A DNA stretch of 64,000 nucleotides, from the NCBI GenBank assembly GCA_951406725.2, contig OX597828.1, positions 28,272,001 to 28,336,000 on the forward strand. Reading direction: 5' to 3'. The notes below the pieces were generated by a model. That model saw only the letters and a list, made by a program, of their open reading frames with translations, made no database searches and had not been told where the DNA came from. Shown here one piece after another: positions 1 through 12,624 of this stretch (its first letter is position 1; each line of letters starts with the position of its first letter). Source of the stretch: Octopus vulgaris. Taxonomy: Eukaryota. The translations under genes were made by a program, and so were the position numbers.

Positions 1-340
1 GTGTTTTGTAAATATACATATATATGTGTGTGCATGAATACGTATATATATATATATATATATATATGCATGTGTGTGTGTGTATATATATACACACATA
101 TATATATGTAAGAATATATGTATGTATATATTATGTATATATCTATATGTATGTATATTTATATATGCATGCACATATATGTTTATATATATGTATATCT
201 ATATATGTATTTACATATATATATATATATGAATGTATGTGTATTATGTTTATATGTATATACATATATGTTTATATGTATATACATATATGTATATATG
301 TAAGTACATATATGTATGTTATGTGTTTGTTTATATAGAT
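1..340. repeat. Degenerate (TA)/(TG) microsatellite
   Basis: Seen directly. Confidence 0.9.
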
Positions 341-944
341 GTGTATGTGTGGGTGTATGAATGTTTGTATTTGTATTTGTTTTTAAATCATAAATTAATA
401 AATAATAAATAGATAAACAACCAAACAAACAAAAAAAATGACCATTAGCAGCACTTCTCTCAGAGCAGCTATTATATTCTAATTTAACCATTAATTGTAT
501 GGTTTTTCACTAAAGACAATAAGTAAAGATTTCTTACACTTTTCTTGTGAATGGTTTGAGAGTCAAACAATGGAATTAATGAAAGAAAAATAACAAAAAA
601 CAAAAACAAAAAAAGAATCTTGGAAATGATAATAATTTTAATTGGAAACAATGGTAACAAGAAGAATGAGTTGAATACATTCAGCAGCTAATGAATTTTG
701 TTCATATATTTTAATACAAACTCAATAGCTAAAGTAGACCACTACCTTCTAGTAACTTTTGAACTAAATTAAGGGCATTTTTTCTTTTAACCAACTGACT
801 TCAATTATAATTTGATAGACCTACATCTTAAAGTATTTATTCGTATATATACTCTACTGCTCATAAATTCAGTTCATATATTTTCATATGTACTCAATGT
901 CTAAAGCAGAGCTATACTTTGTAGTTACTTTTGAACTCATTCTT

Positions 945-1298
945 TTATTTTTACTTGTTTCAGTCATTAGACTGCAGCTATGCTGGAGCACCACCTTGAG
1001 GAATTTTTAGATGAAGGAATTGTTCCCAGTACCCTTTTTTTTAAAGCTTTGTACTTACTCTATCGGTCTCTTTTGCCAACCTGCTGAGTTATGGGGGTTT
1101 GAATACATCAACACCAGTTGTCAAGCTGTGGTGGGGGACAAACAGATACAAAGACACAGACACACACACACACACATATGATGGATAGCTTCTTTCAGTT
1201 TCCATCTACCAAATCCACTCTCAAAGTTTTGGTTGACTGGAAGCTGTAGTAGAAGTGGAACTGAATCCAGGCAAACGTCTTGCCTCACAGTCATACCT
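945..1298 (-). mobile_element. SINE family A (diverged)
   Basis: Reverse-complement match to the family A body and tail. Confidence 0.75.
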
Positions 1299-1905
1299 TA
1301 GGGACAATTTTTTTACCAACTAACTCCAATTTCAATTTGGTTGATGAATCTCTTAAAAGATTCATAGACCAACATAAGCTAAATTTAATTAGATTAATTA
1401 TTAAATAATGACATATGTAGGGTAATATATGTTTCTAACTAATATATTTTAACAAAGAGGTCTTTGGTTATATCCTTCCTACTATTGTAATTTATCCTGT
1501 TTCTTCTTTTAATGTGATCCAAGTTAAAAAAAAACCTTCCATAAAATGATATGTTAAGTTCTATAAACCAGTTTAATAAATAATCACAATTTATTTGACT
1601 CAATTCTTTATTATTTTTCAAAATAAGCTGAAACAGAGAAATATAGTAATGAAAGGGTCAAATAACCTCCAAATCTATAAATGCACATACGGTGATGAGA
1701 GGGTCACGACATGGTTTTCAGGATGGATGCAATATGTGAAAATCATGAATTTGAATCCATGTTTTTAGAAATGGTTTTCTATGTTTTGAGCTGGGCACAT
1801 TCTTTCTGCTCTTCTCAATATTAAAATAAGTTCAAATTCCACAATACAGTCAAAATGTGATTGCAAATGTTATGGAATGAAACACGTTTGAAGATCATGC
1901 AGAAA

Positions 1906-2308
1906 ATGTGACTGTGTGGTATGTAGCTTGCTAACCAACCACATGGTTCCGGGTTCAGTCCCACTGCGTGGCATCTTGGGCAAGTGTCTTCTGCTATAGC
2001 CCCGGGCCGACCAATGCCTTGTGAGCGGATTTGGTAGACGGAAACTGAAAGAAGCCTGTCGTATATATGTATATATATATATATAAGTGTGTGTGTATAT
2101 GTTTGTGTGTCTGTGCTTGTCTCCCTACCATTGCTTGACAACCGATGCTGGTGTGTTTACCTCCCCGTCACTTAGTGGTTCGGCAAAAGAGACCGATAGA
2201 ATAAGTACTGGGCTTACAAAGAATAAGTCCCAGGGTCGATTTGCTCGACTAAAGGCAGTGCTCCAGCATGGCCGCAGTCAAATGACTGAAACAAGTAAAA
2301 AAAGAGTA
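1906..2308 (+). mobile_element. SINE family A (tRNA-like head, internal (TA)n/(TG)n, gtaaaaga tail)
   Basis: A-box-like TGGCTGTGTGG and B-box-like GGTTCAGTCC in the family consensus, then ggcaagtgtcttct...ggaaactgaaagaagc; tail cagtcaaatgactgaaacaagtaaaa. More than 15 copies in the window. Confidence 0.85.
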
Positions 2309-2659
2309 TATTGCATTTGTTTTAGTACGTAATAGATTTCGGTATAAAGTAAACCACAAAGTGAGGAGAAGGAAAGAAAGGAAGGAAGGAAGGAAGCATA
2401 ACTGTCATCATTTGTCTTTCAATGTCTATTCAATTATTACAGTCATTGGATTGCAGTCATCCCATGTTTAGTTGAAGAAAAACAATCCTAATGCTTGTTT
2501 TCATTTTAAAAGTGTGATACTTATTCTAGCAGACTCTTTTGCCAAATGTCTAAATGAAAAGGGATGTAAACAAACCAGAATTACTTGTTAAACAGTGGAA
2601 AGGTAAACACAGACACACATACACAGATATATTCATACATACATGGGAGCATATTATAT

Positions 2660-2953
2660 ATGGCACGTAAAAAGCACCATCCATTCGTGGCCGTTGCCAG
2701 CCTCGCCTGGCCCCCGTGCCGGTGGCACATAAAAAGCACCATCCGATCGTGGCCATTTGCCAGACTCGTCTGGCACGTAAAAAGCACCCACTACACTCAT
2801 GGAGTGGTTGGCGTTAGGAAGGGCATCCAGCCGTAGAAACATTGCAAGATCAAACTGGGCCTGGTGCAGCCTTCTGGCTTCCCAGACCCCAGTTGAACCG
2901 TCCAACCCATGCTAGCATGAAAAGCGGACGCTAAACGATGATGATGATGATGA
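2660..2953 (+). mobile_element. Retroposon family C (internal ggcac.taaaaagcacc repeats, ggcgttaggaagggcatccag motif, (GAT)n tail)
   Basis: Shared 3' end ...ccaacccatgctagcatg...aaacgatgatgatg with the copies at 18560, 26600, 33075, 42963, 59034 and 62310. Confidence 0.8.
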
Positions 2954-3846
2954 TATATATATATATATTATACACACACATACATAGAGAGAGAGAGAAA
3001 AGGAGTATGTGGCCTAGAGGTTAGAGTGTTGCACTCAAGATTGCAGGATTGTGGTTTCAATTCCTGGACATGCTAATCAGTGCATGAACATGCTAACCTA
3101 CCACTTGGGTTTTCCCAGAAATGACTGTAAGACTTCTAATTCACCTTACCCTAATTATGTTATTCTAAATGACTTGAGATACTCATTCTGCCTTCGTTTT
3201 TGATTTTTTCCTCTAATATAATATATACCTGCTATATATAATATATACCTGCCCTTCTTAATACCAACCACCCTGTGAGTGTTGTAGGTGCTTTTACATG
3301 CCACCAGCACAGGAGCCAGTCAGGCAGGAGTGGCATTGGCCACACTTGAATGGTGCTTTTATGTGCCACTGGCACAGGTGCTTTTCATGTGGCACTGTCA
3401 TCAGCCTCGACTACAATTTCCCTTGGTTCAACAGGTCTTCATATGCTGCCTTAAAATGGGCCAGTTATGCGACATTGGCATCACCCACAACTCCAATCTT
3501 ACTTGGCTTGCTGGGTCTTCTCAAGCACAGCATGTCTTCAAAGTTCTCAGTCGTTTATCATTGCCTCTATGAGGCACAATGTACTACACACACACACACA
3601 CACACATATATAAAGGTTAGAAGAGTTAGAGGTTGGAATAACCATATAAGGGATAAAAATATCTGTTTTACTACTGGTGTAATTGCCTGTGTTAACTCTG
3701 AGTATACATACGCAAGCATATTATGTTCATAGGATATAGGCAATGACAAAGATAAACATGAGTTTATCAGGAATCAAATTTAAAGTAAACAGCCTTTCTT
3801 TTTCTTCTCGAGGCTCTTCTTCTCTTCTTTTCTTTTCTTTTATGTA

Positions 3847-3980
3847 TTTTTCTTCACTATGATGAAGCTCCATGTTCCAGATGGGATGTGTAACAAAATA
3901 TGACAAATATTATACTCGGAATTATCAGTGGCAACACCATGGAACATTGGAAGCAGAAACAGCTGTTAGATGGGGTAAAA
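3847..3980 (+). ncRNA. Degenerate type I hammerhead motif with a ~90-nt stem II insertion
   Basis: ATGATGA at 3859-3865 (C3A); stem II GCTCCATGTTCCA / TGGAACATTGGAAGC; GAAA at 3956-3959; palindromic ACAGCTGT stem III; stem I ttttcttcact / agatggggtaaaa. Confidence 0.6.
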
Positions 3981-4117
3981 TCTTCGTATTAAAAAGTACT
4001 AATCGATGTTAGTCAATCGTTGTTGATCAATATTTCTCCATCTTCTGTTTACTTTAAATTTTATATATACATATTTATATACATACATACATACATATAT
4101 ATATATATATACATACA

Positions 4118-4152
<35 letters not shown>

Positions 4153-4230
4153 TCAAAATGTAACCACATGTGGATCGTAGGCGATTTTTTTCCTCTGTCT
4201 GCTTTTCCCTTGGACTTTCCTCTGTGTCCT

Positions 4231-4265
4231 GTTTCTGACAAAGAGCTTTGCTCGAAATGTTAAAA
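4231..4265 (+). ncRNA. Degenerate minimal hammerhead motif in a short repeat flanked by (TA)n (element ~4150-4335)
   Basis: GTTT CTGACAA a GAGC ttt GCTC GAAA tg TT AAA; same family as 15332-15366. Confidence 0.6.
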
Positions 4266-4330
4266 TTACCTTTCTTTCTTTCCCTGAGTTGTTGTTTTTT
4301 CTTGTGTTTGTTCTTCGCTTTTTGGGGATT

Positions 4331-4369
<39 letters not shown>

Positions 4370-5327
4370 CATACATACATACATACATACATACATACAT
4401 ACATACATACATACAGTGGGCTTGCACTCAGTGTCCATCCTCAAAACTCGCTCTGAAAGTATTGGTCAACTTGGGCCTATAATAGATGGAAGATACTTGC
4501 TCAAGGTGTCACACAGTGAGACTGAAGCCAAAACCACATGGTTGCTATGTGAGCTGCTTCACCAGATGGCCATAACTCTCCCCATAAGCACAACTACTAT
4601 TTTTTTCTCTAATTTTAAATTTCAATATTTTTTTCACCATTTCCTTAATTTAGCAGAACCATTTGTTGCCCATATTTCTTGCTCTTTTTAATTTCTATCT
4701 TCTTCCTGTTTTATTTCAATCTCTGTTTTGTCCGTTCCAAAATTTGCCTATTTATTCCCAATTTATTCCCTATCTATTTCATTCTCTCCGTTTTGTCCAG
4801 CTCTCACACTTTCGTTTTCACCATATTCTGATGTTTTGCTTAACTCCTCCGACCACCACCACCCACTTGTCTGTTCCTCTCATCACTCCTTGGCCTGTCA
4901 CCATAAACAACTCAAGTGGTGGTTCTCTTTTTTTCCGCAATAATAAGAGGTAATTAACCTTTTCACTTTCTGCTGTAGAATTCTGCTTTAAATAACTACC
5001 TGGAACAACAAGTAGCAGTTTGAATTCCCTATGACATACGAGACTTTACAACAAAGGAAGTGGCTTCAGTTACAATTTACTGCTGACTCCTACCCAAAAC
5101 AAAACCAGAACATTCTCTGAATGGGATAAAAAGAGAAAAGGCCATCACACACACACACACGTGCGTGTGTGCATGTATATGTATACACGCATATATATAT
5201 ATATAGTAGCTGCTTTCTCATATACAATCAACATATTGCTATATACACACTCACATACATGTACACATACATAAACACTCATACATAAATATCTAGCATT
5301 CATATGTGTGTGTACCTGTGTGTGTAC

Positions 5328-5361
<34 letters not shown>

Positions 5362-5425
5362 GTATATTTATATATTTAATACTGAAGCATAATGCTAAAT
5401 AGTTTTGTGGTTGCATATATATATG

Positions 5426-5464
<39 letters not shown>

Positions 5465-6765
5465 TTGCTGAGTTGAGATTAAATATGTTTGCTTGTTTGT
5501 TTGTTTATTATTAACGTATCTAGTTAATATCTGTGAGACTTTCTCATTTAAATACCAGACTTGGTTTATTTGTTTACTTTCTTTTGGTTTTTTTTATTTG
5601 TTTTTTTGTTGTTGTTGTTGTTGTTTTTTCTGCCGCCGTGAGCCAACAAGACAAATCTGTCCATCGTGATGTTTACAGGTTCTATTGTCATGGTTCCAAA
5701 GCTATGGAACTTGGCGAAGGATTTTTCAGCTCACCAACTTTCTATTGGCATTAATGATAGCTCCCCAAAATTTATAGGCTCATTTTTGTTTTATGAAGAG
5801 TGAAATTCATAAAACAAAAATATGTAAACAACAATAGTGATAATAATAATAATAATAATAATATGATAAATTTATATACAGCAGCACTTCTATGTTTCTC
5901 TGTACATAGTTTGAAAAAATTTTTCAAAGCCAGTCATTTTCACTGATGAAAATCTTCCAATTATATGCTAGATTTTTTTTTATATATATATACTTATTCT
6001 CATGACTATATCTGTCCTTTTAAATACCCATAGCACACTGAACTGTATTAATGAACATATTTAGTACTCTAAAAATAAATCTGTATACAATTTCAGCCTT
6101 TGATATGTACCATTCGTACATGATTCCATACATTAAAAACATGGTTTAGTGGTTCTTGGCTTTGTGAAAGGAGAAAAAAAAAAAATTATAGTTAAAAAAA
6201 AATTTTTGGCTTTTTTTTGTTTGTATATTTTTTGTCTTATTTTATTTTTTTCGTGAACAATTTACATTCAGACAGCCATCAAACCCTACAAGCTCTCAAC
6301 TAAAGTTTTCAATTATCCATTAAATTATGCAATTCATTTTGCTGGCATAAAGGAAACCATAATTGACTCACACTTCTAGCAAGACTTATTACTGAAGCGC
6401 GCACACACACACACACACACAGACACATATATGTATATACATACATGCACATACACATATGTGCATGTGTGTGTATATATATATATATATATATACTTAT
6501 ACACCTACATGTATACATACACCTGCACACACACATTCTATTTCATATACTTCACACTATTTTTTTACATATGCACATCATGCTATGCTTACATGCACAA
6601 ATGCACATGTACACTCTTAGATACTCACACACACACACACACAAACATGCCTATACATTCATATATTTTTCCACTGTATCCCATATAACTATGACAAACA
6701 CTACCACCACCGTCAGCTACAGCAACATCATCATCATTATCATCATCATCACTACCACCACCACC

Positions 6766-6799
<34 letters not shown>

Positions 6800-7465
6800 T
6801 CTTTGATTCCATTTGCCATAAAAATGTACCTCTTTTGCTGAGGAGGTTATAAATCTTGGAATATTGATCGGAAATCAGAAACATTGTATTGAATCTGTGG
6901 GAAAATAACAAAACATTGACAGGGATTTAAAAATGATATATTTCAGGAATTTTGCAGACATGTAGAAAAAAAAAAAAAAAAAACCCATTCCATTGTGCTC
7001 GTCGTGGTAGCAGCAATATGACTCACTCTTTTAAGGTATTGTGGTCAAACATTAACCTTGTCAAAGCATTATGGAATAACATTAAATCTCTCTCTCTCTC
7101 TCTCTCGCTCTCTCTCTCTTTTTTTTTTTTTCTTGAGGGGTGGGTATTATAATGTGCAGCTAATCTTGCTCAGATGATATTATAGTTGGAAATTAATCTT
7201 GTTTCATTATTATTGTTGTTGCTGTTATTGTTGATGTTGTTGTGATTGTTATTAATTTAGCAATATTATATACCAAATCAAAATTTTCATCAACTAACCA
7301 TTTCATTTGGAGCAGCTGAAAGATTAACACGCGTCGCAAGGTTGTCGAGCACCTGTTTTCTCTCTTTCTACTCATCCATGTCAGAGGTGTGATACGGATG
7401 AGTAGAATGATGTTACTCAATCATACACTACATCCACTACAATGATTACCATATAAGGGTATCTC

Positions 7466-7826
7466 TCTTTTACTCTTTTACTCATTTGACTGCGGCCATG
7501 CTAGAGCAAATCAACCCCGGGACTTATTCTTTGTAAGCCCAGTACTTATTCTATCGGTCTCTTTTTGCCAAACCGCTAAGTGACGGGGACGTAAACACAT
7601 CAGCATCAGGGATAAACACAGGCACACAAACACACACACATATATATATATATACATATATACGACAGGCTTCTTTCAGTTTCCGTCTACCAAATCCACT
7701 CACAAGGCATTGGTCGTCTCGGGGCTATAGCAGAAGACACTTGCCCAAGATGCCACGCAGTGGGACTGAACCCGGAACCATGTGGTTGGTTAGCAAGCTA
7801 CTTAACACACAGCCACTCCTGCACCT
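7466..7826 (-). mobile_element. SINE family A
   Basis: Reverse-complement match from tail to head. Confidence 0.85.
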
Positions 7827-8094
7827 TTAGAGAGAGTTTCTGTAAACTATGTCTCTAAGTTTGTTATTTTGTAGTATATTTTGGTATTTTAATCTAAAAG
7901 TTTGAAATCTGTAAATCTATCAGTCTGCTGAGTGAGTAGAGACAAGTAGTCAAAAGGTTCCGGTAGTTGTGTTGTGGACATGGCTACCACTCTAGTACTT
8001 ATGTTGATACCATGGAAAAACACGCAGTACTCTCTGTAATGTGTAATACTTTGGCAGCCCTCAAGTTTTGTCAAGGACATGACAAGTTCTTTAA

Positions 8095-8316
8095 CCCTTT
8101 ACGTTACCAACCCAGCTGAAATCAGCTCTGGCTCTGAGTACAAATGTCTTGTTTTCATAAGTTTTGAATTAAAATCTTCCACCAAACCTTAGTCACAATT
8201 TATGTTCCTAACACTAGCTGAATGGTAACTAAGTTATTTCACTAAATTTTTTGTTATTTTAAAAATTAATTGAAAGAAACAGAGAGCATCTCAACAGAAA
8301 TACGGCAACAAAAGGG
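8095..8316. mobile_element. piggyBac-type MITE (~220 bp)
   Basis: TTAA|CCCTTT ... AAAGGG|TTAA; second copy at 32179-32397. Confidence 0.85.
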
Positions 8317-8842
8317 TTAATGCTGGTATCATGGTCAAAAGTCCCCAACATTCAATTGTAAAGTTATTGGTATTAAGAAGGTCATTCAGTTGCAGAAAAC
8401 AAGCTAAAAATTGAAACTCACAAGCATGATGTGGTCCTCCAACCAGTCCAAATGAACAACACCCTTGAATATGTGCTGATATTGATCATAGCAATACATG
8501 TAGCATGGATATAAATGGATATAAAACAATGATGGTGATGATTTTTAATGCTACTCATTGTCATCATCATCAATTTTTTGTTTGCTATTTCCATATTGGC
8601 AGAGGTTGGATGAGACTTATTAAGACAGTATCCAATAGCTGGATGCCTTTACTGTTGCCAACTCTAATTGCTTTGTTTTTTACAAGTAAGGAAATTTTCA
8701 TTCACTGATTTTCACATAAAGTTGATGAAATAGCTGAATTATGCAATGTTCTGTTTACAGAAGACTTAAATACAAGTGGAATGGTTCAAAAACTGACATG
8801 CCACTAAAGAAAAGGACAGGCTTATTGTTGGAGATAAAAAGA

Positions 8843-8891
8843 CAATCATAGACACGTTTCTGCCTATATAGGCATCATCAGCATATCAATT
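8843..8891 (-). ncRNA. Minimal type I hammerhead ribozyme motif
   Basis: Reverse complement: ..gatatg CTGATGA TGCC tatata GGCA GAAA cgtg TC tatgat..; intact core and GUC triplet, but a weak stem I. Confidence 0.75.
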
Positions 8892-8937
8892 ATTCTACAT
8901 TATCTAAAAAAATTACAACACATTCATGGCCAACTCA

Positions 8938-9345
8938 TAGGCTCAGGAGTGGCTGTGTAGTAAGAATCTTGCTTCCCAACCACATGGTTCCAGGTTCAGT
9001 TTCACTGCATGGCACCTTAAGCAAGTGTCTTCTACTATAACCTCGCGCCAACCAAAACCTTGTGAATGGATTTGGTAGACAGAAACTGAAAGAAGCCCAT
9101 CATATATATATTTATATATATCTATGTGTGTGTCTGTGTTTGTCCTCACATCACCACCTGACAACTAATGTGGGTGTGTTTATGTCCCTGTAACTTAGTG
9201 GTTCAGCAAGAGAGACCAATAGAATAAGTACCAAGCTTTAAAAAAGTAAGTACTGGGGTTAATTCATTTGACTAAAAATTCTTCAAGGTGGTGCTCCAGC
9301 ATGGCCACAGTCTAATGACTGAAACAGGTTAAAGATAAAAGCTAA
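8938..9345 (+). mobile_element. SINE family A
   Basis: Head aggctcaggagtggctgtgtagtaag through tail gactgaaacagg. Confidence 0.85.
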
Positions 9346-10050
9346 AAAGGTAATTTACATAATTGAGATAAAAATGAGTGAAGGGAGATAACTCAAAATG
9401 GCCAAGTCTGAGTTTGTTTTCGCAACTGTGTGGCTTTGGATTCAATGCCACTGGCTGACATCTAGAACAAATATCTTCTAGAATAGCTTTGGTTCAAAGT
9501 TCTGAGAAAAGAACTGAGAAAAAGACAGCCTTATATATGTACATGCATTTGTGTTTGTGTGTATGTGTGAGTATGGCTCTGTGTTCATTTACACCTGGGA
9601 TCACTTGTATAAAAGTGCAGCAGGTGTTACTATTGTCAGTTTCTCCTGTCGACAAATCATCCAGTCCCTTCATGCATTTGAAAGCATGTGGAGTAATAGA
9701 TATCTTAATTGAAATGCAGGTAAAAAGTATGGTTTAGCACTAAGAAGGGTGTCTGGGTTTAAAACAATCCCTCAGCATAACATATTCGGCTAACTCATGC
9801 ATGCACAGTACAATGGACGTAAATCACATGAATAAAGAAAAGTAAATTTATAAATTTGTAGACCTATTTTTGTTATGTCTCACCATCATTTTTTATTTTT
9901 ATGCTCTCATTCTTCACCCTGGCTACAATTATCAACTCAAACATTTGATTATTTGAATCCAAAATAAGGTTTCTGCTGTTGTGAGATATTGTTTCATTTT
10001 GTGGGAATGATGAATTTGCAGATCCATGCAACCTATTCTAATATATTAAA

Positions 10051-10205
10051 CAGCTGTGTGGTAAGTAGCTTGCTAACCAACCACATGGTTCCGGGTTCAG
10101 TCCCACTGCGTGGCATCTTGGGCAAGTGTCTTCTGCTATAGCCTCAGGCCGACCAATGCCTTGTGAGTGGATTTGGTAGACGGAAACTGAAAGAAGCCTG
10201 TCATA

Positions 10206-10260
<55 letters not shown>

Positions 10261-10478
10261 TTGTGTGTCTGTGTTTGTCTCCCTAGCATTGCTTGACAAC
10301 CGATGCTGGTGTGTTTACATCCCCGTCACATAGCGGTTCAGCAAAAGAGACCAATAGAATAAGTACTGGGCTTACAAAGAATAAGTCCCGGGGTCGATTT
10401 GCTCGACTAAAGGCGGTGCTCCAGCATGGCTGCAGTCAAATGACTGAAACAAGTAAAAGAGAGTAAAAGAGTAAAAGT
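10051..10478 (+). mobile_element. SINE family A (young)
   Basis: Close to consensus, with a repeated gagtaaaa tail. Confidence 0.88.
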
Positions 10479-10515
10479 ATAAACAAAAGAAAAATGTGGT
10501 AGTTTACGCAATCTC

Positions 10516-10548
<33 letters not shown>

Positions 10549-11002
10549 TTTTGTGTATTAGTGGAGAGAAGTGAGGGAGAGAGACACAATCAGAGGAAGA
10601 GAGAGACAGTAATGTTCAAGAACTCGAGCAAGGAAATAAGGGACCTGTAATTCTGAAATTCGAAGGAATATAAAAAGGGAGTATAGAGTGGTTAAAAAGC
10701 TTGCTTTATAACTACATGGTTCCCAGTTGAACCTCACGGCACAGCACCTTGAGCAAGAATTTTCTACTTATAGCTTCAAGCCATTCAAAACCTTGCGAGT
10801 GGATTTGGTTGACAAAAAACAGTGGAAGACCATTGTATGTATATATGCTCATATCATCATCATCATCATCACCAGCATTAGTTAACCTCTGTTTTCTATG
10901 ATGGCATGGGTTGGACAGTTTGACCAGAGATGGTGAGCTGGAGAGCTACACCAGGCTCCAGTCATCTATTGTAACAGCTTTATAATTATGTTTAAATATA
11001 TA

Positions 11003-11232
11003 TTTCTTTACTGCCCTCAAGGGGCTAAACATAGAGGGGACAAACAAGGGCAGACAAAGGGATTAAGTCGATTACATCGACCCAGTGCGAAACTGGTACT
11101 TTATTTATCGACCCCGAGAGGATGAAAGGCAAAGTCGACCTCGGCGGAATTTGAACTCAGAATGTAACGGCAGACGAAATACGGCTATGCATTTCGCCCG
11201 GCGTGCTAACGATTCTGCCAGCGCGCCGCCTT
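11003..11232 (-). mobile_element. SINE family B (Meta/MESC-like central domain)
   Basis: Minus strand: aaggcggcgcgctggcag...gagttcaaattcc (B box)...gcctttcatcctctcggggtcgataaataaagtaccag...gtaaagaaata. Confidence 0.85.
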
Positions 11233-11234
11233 AG

Positions 11235-11238
11235 AAAA
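11235..11238 (-). terminator. Short (T4) Pol III terminator of the tRNA-Ser gene
   Basis: TTTT on the minus strand, 12 nt downstream of the tRNA 3' end; only four T. Confidence 0.55.
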
Positions 11239-11249
11239 CAACATGCACT

Positions 11250-11331
11250 CGACGAGGATGAGATTCGAACTCACGCGGGGAGACCCCAATTGATTAGCAG
11301 TCCATCGCCTTAACCACTCGGCCACCTCGTC
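11250..11331 (-). tRNA. tRNA-Ser(GCT), 82 nt, type II with long variable arm; one G.A mismatch in the anticodon stem
   Basis: Reverse complement reads GACGAGGTGGCCGAGTGGTTAAGGCGATGGACTGCTAATCAATTGGGGTCTCCCCGCGTGAGTTCGAATCTCATCCTCGTCG. Acceptor stem, D arm (A box), GCT anticodon (11296-11298), GGG-TCT-CCC variable arm, TTCGAAT loop (B box) and discriminator G are all present. Confidence 0.95.
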
Positions 11332-11486
11332 AACTATATATTTAGATATGTTTAAATATAGGAATCCCATGCTCTCAGCTGATACCAATTGTTTCTCTGT
11401 TCTTTCTTTATTTCTTTCTACTGTATATGTTCCGCATCAATGATGAAACACTTGTAGGCATTTATTTGCTGCTTGGCAGTTATGAC

Positions 11487-11783
11487 CAGTGACGGACTGG
11501 GTCTAAGAATATTGGTTGCCAGGAGACTAAGGGGGCCCACCTGCTTCTACAAAGGGGCCCATCCACAACTACAATGCTATCATTTTTTTTTGTTAAAAGT
11601 ATTCTTTTCAACTGTTTACAAACACAGCCTGGCTGAAATAATTAATGCATTCTTCCAGGAGTGAATAAAAAGTTCTCAAAATTGGCCCCTTAGATACTAA
11701 CACGGACCCCCATATATGGATTCTAATGGTGCAGGGACCCACTTGCTATTGAGCAAGCTAACAACCTGGCCAGTCCGCCACTG
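11487..11783. mobile_element. hAT-like MITE
   Basis: TIRs CAGTGACGGACTGG / CCAGTCCGCCACTG; internal GGGCCCC motifs. The 8-bp flanks gttatgac and gctacaat differ only by transitions (possible decayed TSD). Confidence 0.7.
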
Positions 11784-12469
11784 GCTACAATAACACTTTT
11801 GGCCACATTTCATGCTGGAGTTTTAGGTAATAAGTCAATATGAGTCTTATTGTCTATATATACCTGTTACATCATTATATGTAATTTTACCTGCACTCTA
11901 TATATGTGCACCTGTGTTTGTCCTCCCATCACTGCTTAACAATCAGTGTTGGTTTGTTTACATCTCCATAATTTAACAGTTTGAAAACAGAGGCTAATAG
12001 CCTTTTAAAAATGTTAAATACCTGAGTGGATTTGTTTGACTAAAATCTTCTAAGGAGTGCTCCAGCATGGCCACAATCCAATGGCTGAAACAAGTGAACA
12101 ATAAAAGATAAATACAGGAAGGATATTGAAAGAGGTGTGGAGGAAGGAGTGAACAAATGTGTGAATGAAAGAGGGAGAAAGAAAGCACGAGAGAGAGAGA
12201 GAGAGAGAGCAATGTTAAAAAAAAAAGGGGAAAATAAAATATGGCGACTGAATTTATACAACAAAAATGACTATAAAAGGGAATGTAACTGAAGTTTAAT
12301 ACAGGAAAAAAAAAAATTAAGAAGGCATGGGGGCTGGGAAGAGAGAGAGAGAGGTGAGGGTGGGGAAGAGAGATTCATGAAAGCAGACATTTCTGTGGAG
12401 AAAGTAAAAGCCTAAAAGATTCATAGTTTCAAATTTGTTCTTGTGAATCAAATCCTTTACTTTTATATT

Positions 12470-12486
12470 TTATTTATTATTTATTA

Positions 12487-12569
<83 letters not shown>

Positions 12570-12590
12570 CATTATTATTATTATCATTAT

Positions 12591-12624
<34 letters not shown>

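Noticed and set aside
2660-2790. Repeat-spacer pattern (ggcac.taaaaagcacc) resembling a CRISPR array; also at 62335-62490
   Set aside because: Internal tandem repeats of retroposon family C in eukaryotic DNA; spacers are related to each other and there are no cas genes.
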